Below the pieces are notes generated by a model. It searched no databases. It had not been told where the DNA came from and worked only from the letters and a program-made list of their open reading frames with translations. A stretch of 64,000 bases of DNA from Pelobium sp. (lineage in GTDB: Bacteria > Bacteroidota > Bacteroidia > Sphingobacteriales > Sphingobacteriaceae), in contig CBDCMP010000004.1 in the NCBI GenBank assembly GCA_965218985.1, positions 330,869 through 394,868 of the forward strand, read 5' to 3'. The translations under genes and the position numbers were made by a program. This document shows positions 10,040 to 20,234 of this stretch, in pieces. The stretch's first letter is position 1. Every line of letters starts with the position of its first letter.

Positions 10040-10546
10040 TCAGGAGTTTTTGGGTGTTGAAAGACTCCATTTCTTCATTATAAAAGTGCCTTTAGCCTGC
10101 TGGTTGATCTTCATATTTTTTATTCTCTGAATAATTAATTGTTGAAAATTCGCAACAACAAACAGCAAAAACCGGAACTTTTGTTTCGGTTCATCTGTCA
10201 GATCAACAATCGATGATTTTGAGGAAGGGAAGTGAGGTTGAAAAATTTCAATTCGACTGTTATGGATGCGGAAGCTGAATTCCTTGTAATATCCGGGAAG
10301 GTTACCAATGTCTATAGGGATTTCCTGTCATCAGGGTGCTACAATTGAGGTGTGGTGGTTTTTATGATAAATGTAGGTGGCTTTAATTGCTTTAAAATTT
10401 AATGGGATGCTGTCATAGCTCAAGCAGTTAAAATTCCCTACAGGATTTGAATGAACTGGAGTGGAGGGTTTAATAAATTTATAAGATAGAACCCAACAAA
10501 AAGTTGTAGTGACAAATAGAAATAATAGTAGCGATAATCTTTTCAA
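10040..10546 (-). pseudogene. Secreted hypothetical protein interrupted by tandem TGA TGA at 10328-10333
   Basis: 71-aa ORF with signal peptide; the same frame stays open ~95 further codons to a stop at 10040. Confidence 0.45.
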
Positions 10547-10573
10547 TAATTTTTTAACATGGTTTAGGGAAAT

Positions 10574-11434
10574 TTATCGCTTGACCTCAAAAGATAAATT
10601 CTGTGAATTGTAAGCCCCAAAAACACCGAGTCCTCCACTGACATTGCTTGAAACGGGTATATATTCCTGACCGAACAATGGATCGCTCCCCAATTGCTTT
10701 TTTACTGAAAACTGGTAATCATAGTAGGTTTTACTGATGTTGCCTATCTCTAGCACAATGGAATGTGGCCCACTGGAAACCAACAGGTTACTAACTTCAA
10801 AATCCAAAACAACGGAGTTTCCGTTAAAGGCCTTGTCATTGAATATAAGGGTTTCTCTGGAGCCTATAGTTGAAAATTGACCTAAACTGGTTTTGAGCTG
10901 CATATCTATGATGTTGTTGTTGGATCCAGATTTTAAGAACACCCGCACTAAATAAAAATTGTTTTCATTGCCATCATTAAGGGTACAGGAAAACTTGAAA
11001 TCTTTGTACAAATAGTCATTGGTGGTATAAGGTGTGTAAACGAATGATGACACGCCTGGTTTTGCGGGCAAGAGGTCGCTTGCTTTTGCAGTTGGCAAAC
11101 CTGCGACGTTGGCCTTTACTGTATAATTCGCCCCAACATCGGAACACACGAATCCTGAAAGGCTATAGTTTCCGTCTCCCCGGTAAGGGAGAGTTGCAAC
11201 CTGCTGATCATTCTTAAAAATCAACACCTCCGCATTTTCTATCTTTTCAAATTTATTGTTGCCATGTGCACTGCTTGCGCTTTTACTCAATTTGACCACC
11301 ATCACGCTGTCTCCATTGAAAAATGAGTTGACCGTTATTTTAGCCGGCTCTTGAGGTAGCTTTACTACTTCTATGGTTTCACAACCAACGCTAAAAACAA
11401 TAAAGATAAAAAACAAAAATATCCTCATTTTCAC
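10574..11434 (-). CDS. DUF4249 family lipoprotein
   Basis: Lipobox SVGC, C-terminal SSNVSGGLGVFGAY; directly downstream of a TBDR. Confidence 0.8.
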   Translation of the reverse strand: MKMRIFLFFIFIVFSVGCETIEVVKLPQEPAKITVNSFFNGDSVMVVKLSKSASSAHGNNKFEKIENAEVLIFKNDQQVATLPYRGDGNYSLSGFVCSDVGANYTVKANVAGLPTAKASDLLPAKPGVSSFVYTPYTTNDYLYKDFKFSCTLNDGNENNFYLVRVFLKSGSNNNIIDMQLKTSLGQFSTIGSRETLIFNDKAFNGNSVVLDFEVSNLLVSSGPHSIVLEIGNISKTYYDYQFSVKKQLGSDPLFGQEYIPVSSNVSGGLGVFGAYNSQNLSFEVKR

Positions 11435-12179
11435 TTAAGTTTATAATGATAAGAAACTGATGGTATGATGGGCAAAAGCGAATGTTGGTAGACCTCCGTA
11501 CGATTGTTGGCTGTACTTTGATAGGATTCTATGTAATATGGGTTTTTCCGATTATAGACATTGTAGATTGAAATGTTCCAGCTTCTTATTCCCTTTTTCT
11601 TTTCTTTTATAAAGGAGATCGCCAAATCCAGTCTATGGTAATCACTCATCCTGAAATTATTTCTTACGTCCACATTCTTAACGGCAAAATTGACGGTATT
11701 GTATTCCGCATAATATTCATATTCTCCTAAAGGTAGGGTGGTGGGCAATCCTGTGTAGTAAACAAAGTTGCTCGAAATTTCAATCCTTTGGCTCCATCTG
11801 TAATTAGCTGTCAGGGAAAAATTATGTCGGCTATCATATTTGAATGGGTATTCCTTGCCTTTATTAATCTGTTTGAATGTGCGGTCTGACCACGATAGGG
11901 TATAACCTATCCATCCGGTCAGTTTGCCCGTACTTTTCCTAGCAAAAAGTTCTGAGCCATAAGTCTTTCCTTTACCTGCAATCACTTTGTCTTCCCATGA
12001 TTCAGAGGTTTGGTTAAGCAGGTTATTCCTGAGACCCTCCTCAAGAAAATTCACCCCCAATTATAGTCAAGAACATCTTTCATTTGTTTGTAATAAGCAT
12101 CCAGGGTAACATCAATCTCTTTGTAGGTGGTTGTGTAAGCTTCCCCGTTTTTCAGACCACTCAAAAGTAGAATTTCCAA

Positions 12180-12968
12180 TCAACATTCCTGCAATAAATC
12201 AGCAGGTGATTTAAAGTTCAGAGCCTGGTGCGGGCGGTGATAATTATAGTCTGTCATCCATTCCTCTGTTTTTTCCCTTACCTCATTCAGGGAGTTGAAA
12301 ATGTAAGCATTCAGTAACTCTCTACGGATGCTCCCATTGCATCTTTCGATAAAAGCGTTCTGTGTGGGCTCTCCCGGCTGGATGAAAAGCAGCTCCACAC
12401 CATTTTCTTTTGCCCATTCATCCAGTTTGTGTGAGATAAACTCGGGGCCGTTATCCATCCTTATCTTTAAAGGCAGTCCTCTACATTCTCTGAGCATCTC
12501 AAGTGTTCTGGTCACTCTCGATGCGGGAAGAGAGGTGTCTGCCTCCATGGCAAGCACTTCCCTGTTATAATCGTCAACAACATTCAATAACCTGAACTTC
12601 CTTCCGTCCCAAAGGCTGTCGCTCATAAAATCTATAGACCAGACCTGGTTGATCCCACCGGGAACCAATAAAGGGTTCTTGACCCTTGCGGGCAGTCTTT
12701 TCCTGGCCCTTCGGCGGATATTGAGCTTCATTCCTGTATAGATCCGGTAAACTTTCTTGTGGTTCCATTTGAATCCCTTTCGCCGTAAGCGATGGTAACA
12801 CTGCCAAAATCCTATGGAAACATGTTTCTGGGTAAGCAGGGTAAGCTCATGGATTACCTCTCCGTCATCCTTTCTCTTTAACTCATAGAAATAACTACTT
12901 CTATTCAATCCAACGCATTTACACGCCTGACGATGGCTCACTTTTTTTACCATCTCTTCCACCAACAT
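12180..12968 (-). CDS. IS3 OrfB, DDE transposase (integrase core)
   Basis: [28 protein letters not shown] motifs. Confidence 0.95.
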   Translation of the reverse strand: MLVEEMVKKVSHRQACKCVGLNRSSYFYELKRKDDGEVIHELTLLTQKHVSIGFWQCYHRLRRKGFKWNHKKVYRIYTGMKLNIRRRARKRLPARVKNPLLVPGGINQVWSIDFMSDSLWDGRKFRLLNVVDDYNREVLAMEADTSLPASRVTRTLEMLRECRGLPLKIRMDNGPEFISHKLDEWAKENGVELLFIQPGEPTQNAFIERCNGSIRRELLNAYIFNSLNEVREKTEEWMTDYNYHRPHQALNFKSPADLLQEC

Positions 12969-12985
12969 CTCCTTATCGGCAGGCG

Positions 12986-13282
12986 TTAAAGCTTTTTTTC
13001 TACCGCCTCCTTGAAAACCTCATGTACCAGGCTGAGGTTGGCGTACATCTTTTTTAGCCTTGCGTTCTCTTCTTCCAGAGTCTTCAGTTTGGACAGTTCT
13101 TTTACTTCCATTCCGCCATAACGCTGCCGCCATTTGTAAAATGCGGCCGTACTGATTCCTAACTCCCGGCAGAGATCATGGGCATTTCTCCCGTTCTCAT
13201 GTTCTTTGATTGCCTTTACAATCTGTGTCTCTGTAAATTTGATCCTTTTCATATTCCAATTAAATTTAATAAATTCTTTCAA
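12986..13282 (-). CDS. IS3 OrfA, HTH DNA-binding protein
   Basis: [29 protein letters not shown]; ends over an A7G slippery site. Confidence 0.93.
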   Translation of the reverse strand: MKEFIKFNWNMKRIKFTETQIVKAIKEHENGRNAHDLCRELGISTAAFYKWRQRYGGMEVKELSKLKTLEEENARLKKMYANLSLVHEVFKEAVEKKL

Positions 13283-15119
13283 TCGCCTCGCTACGCTCGG
13301 GCTAGAATTCTACTTTTAATTGGTCTGAATTTTGGGAAGTGCACAGTTGCAATACCTAGGGTTGCTTGCCATGATCTTTCAGGTTTTACATTGGCAGTTG
13401 ATGGAACCCAAATATCCGTTGGACTGCCAGTCCCGGGATTGGACAATAAATGTATGTACTGCGCCATTGAAGAATAAGATGTCCGTATTGACAGGTTTTC
13501 ATTTAAGAGATAATTCAGATGTATACGTGGTTGTAACGAGGAATAAGATTTCCCAGACAACTGAAAGGATGAGAAGTGTGCACCAACATTTGCCTGGAGA
13601 CGGTCAGATATCTTGGCTTCATCTTCAACGTATATAGAATATTCAAGATTTCGAGTTTTCTGATTGTTTAACAAATTTTTGGCTTCAGGTGCATTTTTAT
13701 TTGTGGTCTCCAACCTCGTGACATTGGGATCGAAGTTATGGAAAGTAGTGTTGAAACCAAATCTGACTATGTTATTGTTTTTTGGGACATAATCAAAATC
13801 CACTTTCAACCCTGTATCCTTTATGTTAGAATGGTAAGTCAATAAGTAATTCTCTGATCTTTGGGCATCTCCATATTCGCTTGAGGTCTGAAACCTGTAT
13901 TTGGTATAGGTTAGGGTAGTGTTGCTGAACAATCGGCTGTTGAAAAGGTGGTTGTATCTGATAGCAGAGGTGGTACTCCCCCATCCGAGCGTATTGTTCT
14001 CTTTACTATTGTCTGTCTCCATACTGCCTGACTTCGAAATTAAATTGTCACTTCCAGCATATGTGCTGAAATATATCCTGTCCCTCGGAGAGAATTTTTG
14101 ACATAGTTTCGCATTCAAATCGTAGAAATGGTAATTGAGCCTATTACCTGAGTTGGTTGTGCAAGAGCCGCCAGCAAATCCAAATAGGTTCTCCTAACCG
14201 CAAAAAGAAAAGTTGTCTGTTCTTTCTTCAACGGACCTTCTATGAGCAGCTTGGATGACAAAATTCCTGCTGAAAAGGCATATTTGATGCTTTTTTCATT
14301 CCCCTCTTTCAGTTTGATGTCAAGTACTGAAGAAAGTCTTCCGCCATATCTCGCAGGAAATCCACCTTTCAGCAATTCGACATTCTTAATGGCATCGGTA
14401 TTGAACACCGAGAAAAAACCCAATGCATGGGAAGAATGGTAGATGGGCACCCCATCCAACAAAACAAGATTTTGCTCGGCACCACCTCCCCTCACATAAT
14501 AGTCGCTTGACCCTTCCCTTCCCGATTTAACCCCAGGAAGCATTTGGACCGCTTTTACCAGATCCACTTCCCCGGCCAGCCGGGGCATAGATTCAACTTC
14601 TGTAGTGGAGATATTGATGCTGCTGGATGAACTCAGCTCTAAATGTCTGTTTTGAGTTGAACTGACCGAAATCTCTTTCAGCTGCTGATTAAAAGTCTTT
14701 AGTCTGACATTTATCAAAGTGTCCTTAGTAAAGAAAATGCTGACAGTATCTGTCTGGAAGCCAAGATAGGAAGAAATCATCGTTACTTTTCCGATTTTTG
14801 CAATTAGGGAAAAATAGCCGTACGAGTTGGTAATTGTGCTTGAGTTATTTTCGATGTTGGTAACGGTGGCCCCACCCACAGTTTCCCCAGTCTGATCATC
14901 AGTGACGTAACCATGAATGGTCAATTTCTGAGCTATCAGTTCCACATTTATCAAAACTAAAAACGCCAGTAAAAGGGTAGGTTTCCACATGTTTTTGAAA
15001 GTGATTTACAGAAAAAATACTGACATAAATAAACATTAAGAAGTAAAATATAACTTTAAAGCTGTTCATTAGTTCTAAAGTGAACCAACAAATTTCATAT
15101 TCAACTCAGACTTTTCTAC

Positions 15120-15569
15120 TTACTTCTTCGAGAATTTCATGTCTGAATAGTCTGAAAAGGAAACGCCGTTTGCGTCACCTTCAACGCCACTTAAGATCAA
15201 ATTCTGGCCCTTTTTCTCAAATTGATAATACCCAATGATTGTTGGGAAATCAAAAGAGGTTGGGTTTGAGATTCTGATCATGTTCTTGCTCTTCTCTTTT
15301 CTAGTAAAATACTGGAAGTTTACCCTGGCTTTGCCGTCAATCTCATACCAACCAGTGCAATTACCCCCCAATCCATCCTTCATGGTGCAGTTGTCAAAGA
15401 AAATTGTACCAGATGATATATTCACAGTGGTAGATTTACCATCATCGTAGTTAGTGATCATGTCTATATTGTATTCATCGGCAACTTTCGAAATCAGTTT
15501 TTGGTCTTTGTTGCAGGAGGAAAAAACCATGAAAAATAGGGTAATGAATAAAAGCAATTTCGTCTTCAT
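15120..15569 (-). CDS. Hypothetical lipoprotein (lipocalin-like beta pattern)
   Basis: Signal peptide with FSSC lipobox, 149 aa. Confidence 0.7.
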   Translation of the reverse strand: MKTKLLLFITLFFMVFSSCNKDQKLISKVADEYNIDMITNYDDGKSTTVNISSGTIFFDNCTMKDGLGGNCTGWYEIDGKARVNFQYFTRKEKSKNMIRISNPTSFDFPTIIGYYQFEKKGQNLILSGVEGDANGVSFSDYSDMKFSKK

Positions 15570-15622
15570 AATGTTAGAATTAAGGGTAATCGATTTTATA
15601 ATCGATTACCCTGTTAGTAAAA

Positions 15623-17197
15623 CTATTGATGTCTGATGTGAAATTTAAATGTTGGATCTCCATATATTTTAGTACATCTGGTATCTCTAAAATCTACTGG
15701 TACAGTCGGACCGACATCATCATTATTCTTGATGTTGATTTTGCCGCTTAAATTCACTTTAGTGCCAGTGAATGGAATCTCTACCTGTCCGCTTACGGTT
15801 AGCTCAAAAATCTGACCTGAGTCTTCCTCTATCATCTTATAGATGACAATGTTTCCGTAATCCCCTGTATACCACATGAATAATGGCCAATTCCAATCAT
15901 AATATTCCCACCTGCCATTTACATCTCTTCGTTTTTGTGGTTCATAAGGATGATTCATAAACTCTGCTAACTCAGTGAAACTACTGTTAGGTTTGAAAGC
16001 TATCAATCTAATTTCTGGTGCTCCTAAAACCCAATCTTCATAAGTGTCTTGCAATGAAGTTCCAGGGAAAGTCAAACCGTATAAGTATTCCCAATTACCA
16101 TCATATCTGGCACAATTGTTACCTGTATTAATTGGATCTCCTTCACCTCCTGGATCGTCTCCGGCTTCTCCATCATTGAATGTTATAGCAACCTGTCTTC
16201 TATTCTCCATTTGAACATATTGCTTCTCCCTTTTAATTTTAGGATAGGATAAAATAACTTGATTTTTACTGATTTTTGATCGTTCATTAGTCCCTACAGC
16301 AATCACAGGCACATCTGGGGAAGTTGTGGCGTCTAACCAATGGACATTTCCATCTCCATCATATGCCTTGACTTTTTTTGCTGTTTTATCATCATAATCT
16401 GCCGGCACAACAGCAACAAGAGGAGAATAACTTTCAGTATCCCATTTGTCGATGTTAACGGGGACAGAAATGTTCAACAAAGGCATTGTATTGGCCAATT
16501 CTTCTGTTTCAGCAAGAGACAGAACAGAATTTAAATTATTGTTTACTAAATGAGCCTTGAACGATTTTCCTGAAACTGACACATCTTTTATATCTCTATA
16601 AAGAATATCGTAATCTCCGTCAAACATTTTCAAAGCTTCGCTTTTTATAAAACTCCGCATATCCTTCTGCTTTAGATTTACCGCTAATTGCCTTGCTATT
16701 TTGTCTATGATAGCACTTTTCTTTAGTACGCTAAGATTGTCTGTGATTGTCAAGGTAGCTAATTTTTCCGAAATCTGAGGATTTTCATTGTTGGGTTCCA
16801 CTTTACGGCAAGCCGAGTATATGATAACCATTGCAGCCATAAGGGTAATGATTGAAAAAACTTGTTTTAAACAGGCAACGATCTTTAAATCATCAGAAAA
16901 ATGAATTTTTGTCTCAGATAGAATGGATTGAGTGAAAATATAAACAGCTATAATAATGATTAAACTGTCTATTTCATTTATATAAAAGCTGCATTTTGTT
17001 TGTTTGATCACTAAAAGTCTTAACCCAAATAACAAAGATGCCAATCCACAAATAAAAACGAACCAAATATTTGGACCCTGTATATATGGATACGTTATTA
17101 TATTAATTGGGACAAGGAAAGGAGTAATAAAATATAATGCAACCAAAGATGAAAATATCAATCCATTTCCTTTATTGCCTAATTGCTTGAATGACAT
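15623..17197 (-). CDS. DUF3103-like lipoprotein preceded in frame by ~105 aa of membrane helices (probable fusion)
   Basis: Internal signal-like LKQVFSIITLMAAMVIIYSAC; PLLNISVP, PVIAVGTNER, EDWVLGAPEI and IEEDSG resemble DUF3103. Confidence 0.55.
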   Translation of the reverse strand: MSFKQLGNKGNGLIFSSLVALYFITPFLVPINIITYPYIQGPNIWFVFICGLASLLFGLRLLVIKQTKCSFYINEIDSLIIIIAVYIFTQSILSETKIHFSDDLKIVACLKQVFSIITLMAAMVIIYSACRKVEPNNENPQISEKLATLTITDNLSVLKKSAIIDKIARQLAVNLKQKDMRSFIKSEALKMFDGDYDILYRDIKDVSVSGKSFKAHLVNNNLNSVLSLAETEELANTMPLLNISVPVNIDKWDTESYSPLVAVVPADYDDKTAKKVKAYDGDGNVHWLDATTSPDVPVIAVGTNERSKISKNQVILSYPKIKREKQYVQMENRRQVAITFNDGEAGDDPGGEGDPINTGNNCARYDGNWEYLYGLTFPGTSLQDTYEDWVLGAPEIRLIAFKPNSSFTELAEFMNHPYEPQKRRDVNGRWEYYDWNWPLFMWYTGDYGNIVIYKMIEEDSGQIFELTVSGQVEIPFTGTKVNLSGKINIKNNDDVGPTVPVDFRDTRCTKIYGDPTFKFHIRHQ

Positions 17198-17367
17198 GTT
17201 TAAAATTGATTGATAAATATTGCTGCTAAAAAAAAATGCATGAGGAAGTAGACCATCCGGAAGATTTCATGTATCAATGATTCGGCAAATGTCGGCTTTT
17301 CATAATCCCATCTTTTCGATATCGGGGGCTATTTCATTTTAAAGACAAAGCGAGCTTTTTGCATATT

Positions 17368-19032
17368 CTAATAGTAAATTTGAAATATCTGAACAATAGA
17401 CTGCTGTGTAGTTTTATTATAACTAATCTTCCCCACATTATCGTAATTTTCTATCCCACCAGTAGGTCTGTTCAAAGTATTTACATTAAATACATCCGAA
17501 GAAACCTGCTCTCCACCAATATTAATAAAATTACTTCCCGAGATGGACATCGTACCTCCCAAATAAGTCACCAGCTCAATGGTATAATTACCCGTGATCG
17601 GTTGGCCGTACCATGCAGCATAAAGAAAAATATCAATGAGATTGTTTGTTTCTGGGAAAGCTTCAATGTATTTCTTAATACCTATTAAAACTCCTTCATA
17701 ACCAGAATACCCCATGTTGTCCGTAGCCCACCATAGGTAAGCGTCAGATTGGGGAGAAATCACTCTGGGTACCGTTGCACTTTGACCGAAACCAACATAT
17801 AATCCATCTACAGAAGTACCAGTGCCCTCATACGCTACTAAAACATCCAAATCTTTCCCAGCCCCATCCAGCCAGCCAAACCTCACGGTCATAAAATCAA
17901 ACTGATCAATTATAATTTGTTCTGTTCTATCGACAATTTCCACTTCATAAGTTATATTCATCCCACCATAATCTGCAAATACATTCCCTAATAGGCTATC
18001 GTCAACAACATCATTGGCAAAAACTGTTAATTTATTTCCAACAAATCCTGCTCTGTCAGGAATCGAAAATGAGAAAACGGATTCGTTGGTTTTGTCAAGG
18101 CTCGTACCGTCACTAAAGTTTGCATACAACCTAAAAGTGTTTTCTGTGCTTCCCTCATCTACCACCGTAGGCCCATTTAAGGTTAAGGATATCAACACTA
18201 CAGGACTGGTGTCAATGATAAACATAGGATAATCCATGCTCAATCCTGCGTAAAAACCGGTAACTTTTGAACTGATGCTGTCACCGTTGACGGTATTTGC
18301 AAATATCCTGAGCTTATTGTTTACAAAGCTCCCCCTATTGCTTGCCAATAGCGTAAAAACAGATTCAACTGTTTTATCTATCTTACTTCCGTCATTATAA
18401 TGTGCAAATAAAGTGTAGGTATTCTCCGTACTTCCCTCGTTAACATTCAGCGGTCCAGAAATTGATATAGAGGTTAATGCAATGGGCGTAGTATTGATCA
18501 CCGTAATTTGCTTTGTGAGCGGAGGCCTACCATTTTTCAAGGCAGTAATTGTTACCTGACGGCTATCATTGACAATGTCATTATTTGCTGCTGTATATAC
18601 GTTCCCATTGAAAGCCCCTTCCGAACTGGTAAAGATATACTCATTAGTGGCATCCCTAACCATTTCACCATTATACATAGCACTAACCTGATAGTTGACC
18701 GTTTGCCCTTCGTTGACGAGGGAAGGCCCGCTAAGAACGAAAGAATCGGCGTTATTGACATTTAGAAAGGAAAAATATTTTACTCCGGACCAACCTGCAG
18801 CTGTTAAAATCCTAGCCCCAATAGCATAAGCACCGTTAGCTATTTGTAAGTCGAGCTGAAAGTTATCCCAGGAAGCAATCAACACCCCATCTAGAAACCA
18901 CTCACTGGCAATAACAGTATTTTTATCAGATTCACTATTAAAAAGCAGTTCGAAACTAGGTTGTTGAACAGCATACACTTCTTGGCCATTTACAGAATAA
19001 GCAGGCCCTACAAAACATATATCATTACTCAT
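17368..19032 (-). CDS. Ig-like (BIG2-type) repeat protein, phage-structural-like
   Basis: Three ~80-aa repeats starting (L/I)xGPxxVxEG; no signal peptide. Confidence 0.65.
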   Translation of the reverse strand: MSNDICFVGPAYSVNGQEVYAVQQPSFELLFNSESDKNTVIASEWFLDGVLIASWDNFQLDLQIANGAYAIGARILTAAGWSGVKYFSFLNVNNADSFVLSGPSLVNEGQTVNYQVSAMYNGEMVRDATNEYIFTSSEGAFNGNVYTAANNDIVNDSRQVTITALKNGRPPLTKQITVINTTPIALTSISISGPLNVNEGSTENTYTLFAHYNDGSKIDKTVESVFTLLASNRGSFVNNKLRIFANTVNGDSISSKVTGFYAGLSMDYPMFIIDTSPVVLISLTLNGPTVVDEGSTENTFRLYANFSDGTSLDKTNESVFSFSIPDRAGFVGNKLTVFANDVVDDSLLGNVFADYGGMNITYEVEIVDRTEQIIIDQFDFMTVRFGWLDGAGKDLDVLVAYEGTGTSVDGLYVGFGQSATVPRVISPQSDAYLWWATDNMGYSGYEGVLIGIKKYIEAFPETNNLIDIFLYAAWYGQPITGNYTIELVTYLGGTMSISGSNFINIGGEQVSSDVFNVNTLNRPTGGIENYDNVGKISYNKTTQQSIVQIFQIYY

Positions 19033-19097
19033 TATAACACTATTTAGAAATGGAACTGATAAAGTTCCGTTTTATAATTAAAAGAGCGTACAGCAAC

Positions 19098-20234
19098 CTA
19101 AAGTGACGCCGGAAAAACAGTACGCTCGTTCTCTATGTTGATCATGGTTTTGTCCGTACCATAGGTAACCCAGCTGAAGTCTGCCCCATTTACGCTTACG
19201 GCTACAACATTCATGAGGTGAGAGAGATCAATCGTCATTCCTCTCCATCGGAAATGTGGAGGTATGGCGGATTGATCCAGCGTAATGGTTGCCACCTTCG
19301 TTAAAGGGTCAAAAACCATTTCCTTCGTTGTAAATTCTTTGGTCAAACGATATTCCTCTGCTTCTCTGCGGGAGACCACCCATAACCTATCATTGGCCAC
19401 ATTTTGAACGTAATCCATAAAAGTTGTAAAGTCTGCAGCTGTCCATGCATGGGCACCAATCTGCCATATCATATTGGTGGTGGCATTACTCAAATTCAAT
19501 AATGCATGAAGCCTTGTTTTTATCCAGATCACGTCAGCTGCATTCCAATCCTCAGTGAAATTCCTATGAATTTGAATAAACCCGTCTGTAGGCAAGGAGT
19601 TAAAATCAGTAAAAGATCGCAAATCCTCTGATTTTGACCAGTTTTCATTGTTAGGATAGATAGGAAGCCCATCTTTTGCTCCTTGTGTAATCGCTCCTAA
19701 AAAACCTAATTCCTTCGCTGCTTTTGCATAAAAAGAAAAATTGGATACGACCACATGCATGTTCATCAAATACCCCATCCTTTCGTAGATAAGGTTCTGA
19801 AAATTCGTTAAGTCCAGTTTTGTTTCCTCTAAAGAATTTAATTGCTTATGATAATCCGAGTGATTCTCCAAATCCCAACCTTTTGTTACCAAAGCAGTTT
19901 GTTGAGCATAAGTATTTTTCCCTATCAACGCCCATTCCGCACCATTGTAATCATTATGGCCAAAAGTTCCCAATGCAGCCCGGTAGCCTATATTTTGGCC
20001 ACATCCATTGGAATAATGACGGCTTGACATCACCTGCTGTATGCTGGTCGCTTCAGGATAAGAATCATCCCAGGTAGTGCATAAAATGGCTTGTTTAAGA
20101 TATTTCACATTGGCGAAATCAGCTGACAAAGCCGCATTGTCACCACTAAACTGTATGGTAATGATAATGGTGTCGGATGGTACAGGTGTCACCTGCCCCG
20201 TAATCCCAACCTTACGTCCTTTTACTATGATCAT
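19098..20234 (-). CDS. Polysaccharide deacetylase (CE4/NodB-like) domain protein
   Basis: TTWDDSY motif 1 and LENHSDYH (H-S-x-x-H) motif 2; no signal peptide. Confidence 0.65.
   Translation of the reverse strand: MIIVKGRKVGITGQVTPVPSDTIIITIQFSGDNAALSADFANVKYLKQAILCTTWDDSYPEATSIQQVMSSRHYSNGCGQNIGYRAALGTFGHNDYNGAEWALIGKNTYAQQTALVTKGWDLENHSDYHKQLNSLEETKLDLTNFQNLIYERMGYLMNMHVVVSNFSFYAKAAKELGFLGAITQGAKDGLPIYPNNENWSKSEDLRSFTDFNSLPTDGFIQIHRNFTEDWNAADVIWIKTRLHALLNLSNATTNMIWQIGAHAWTAADFTTFMDYVQNVANDRLWVVSRREAEEYRLTKEFTTKEMVFDPLTKVATITLDQSAIPPHFRWRGMTIDLSHLMNVVAVSVNGADFSWVTYGTDKTMINIENERTVFPASL

Larger units (their letters stand above)
12134..13345 (-). mobile_element. IS3-family insertion sequence, 1212 bp, 4-bp target duplication GTTG
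   Basis: TG...CA ends, ~41-bp imperfect terminal inverted repeats, GTTG at 12130-12133 and 13346-13349. Confidence 0.95.
11431..14990 (-). pseudogene. TonB-dependent receptor (CarboxypepD_reg + plug + barrel), split by a frameshift near 14150-14165 and an IS3 insertion
   Basis: Fragments 14115-14990 (signal, TNSYGYFSL, GGFPARYGGRLSSV), 13291-14118 and 11431-12060 (YHRLD, C-terminal PSVSYHYKLK); removing the IS restores GIATTYKEIDVTLDAYYKQM. Confidence 0.88.

Noticed and set aside
10328-10333. Selenocysteine or recoded TGA
   Set aside because: Two adjacent TGAs, no SECIS-like hairpin recognised, and all other genes use TGA as stop.
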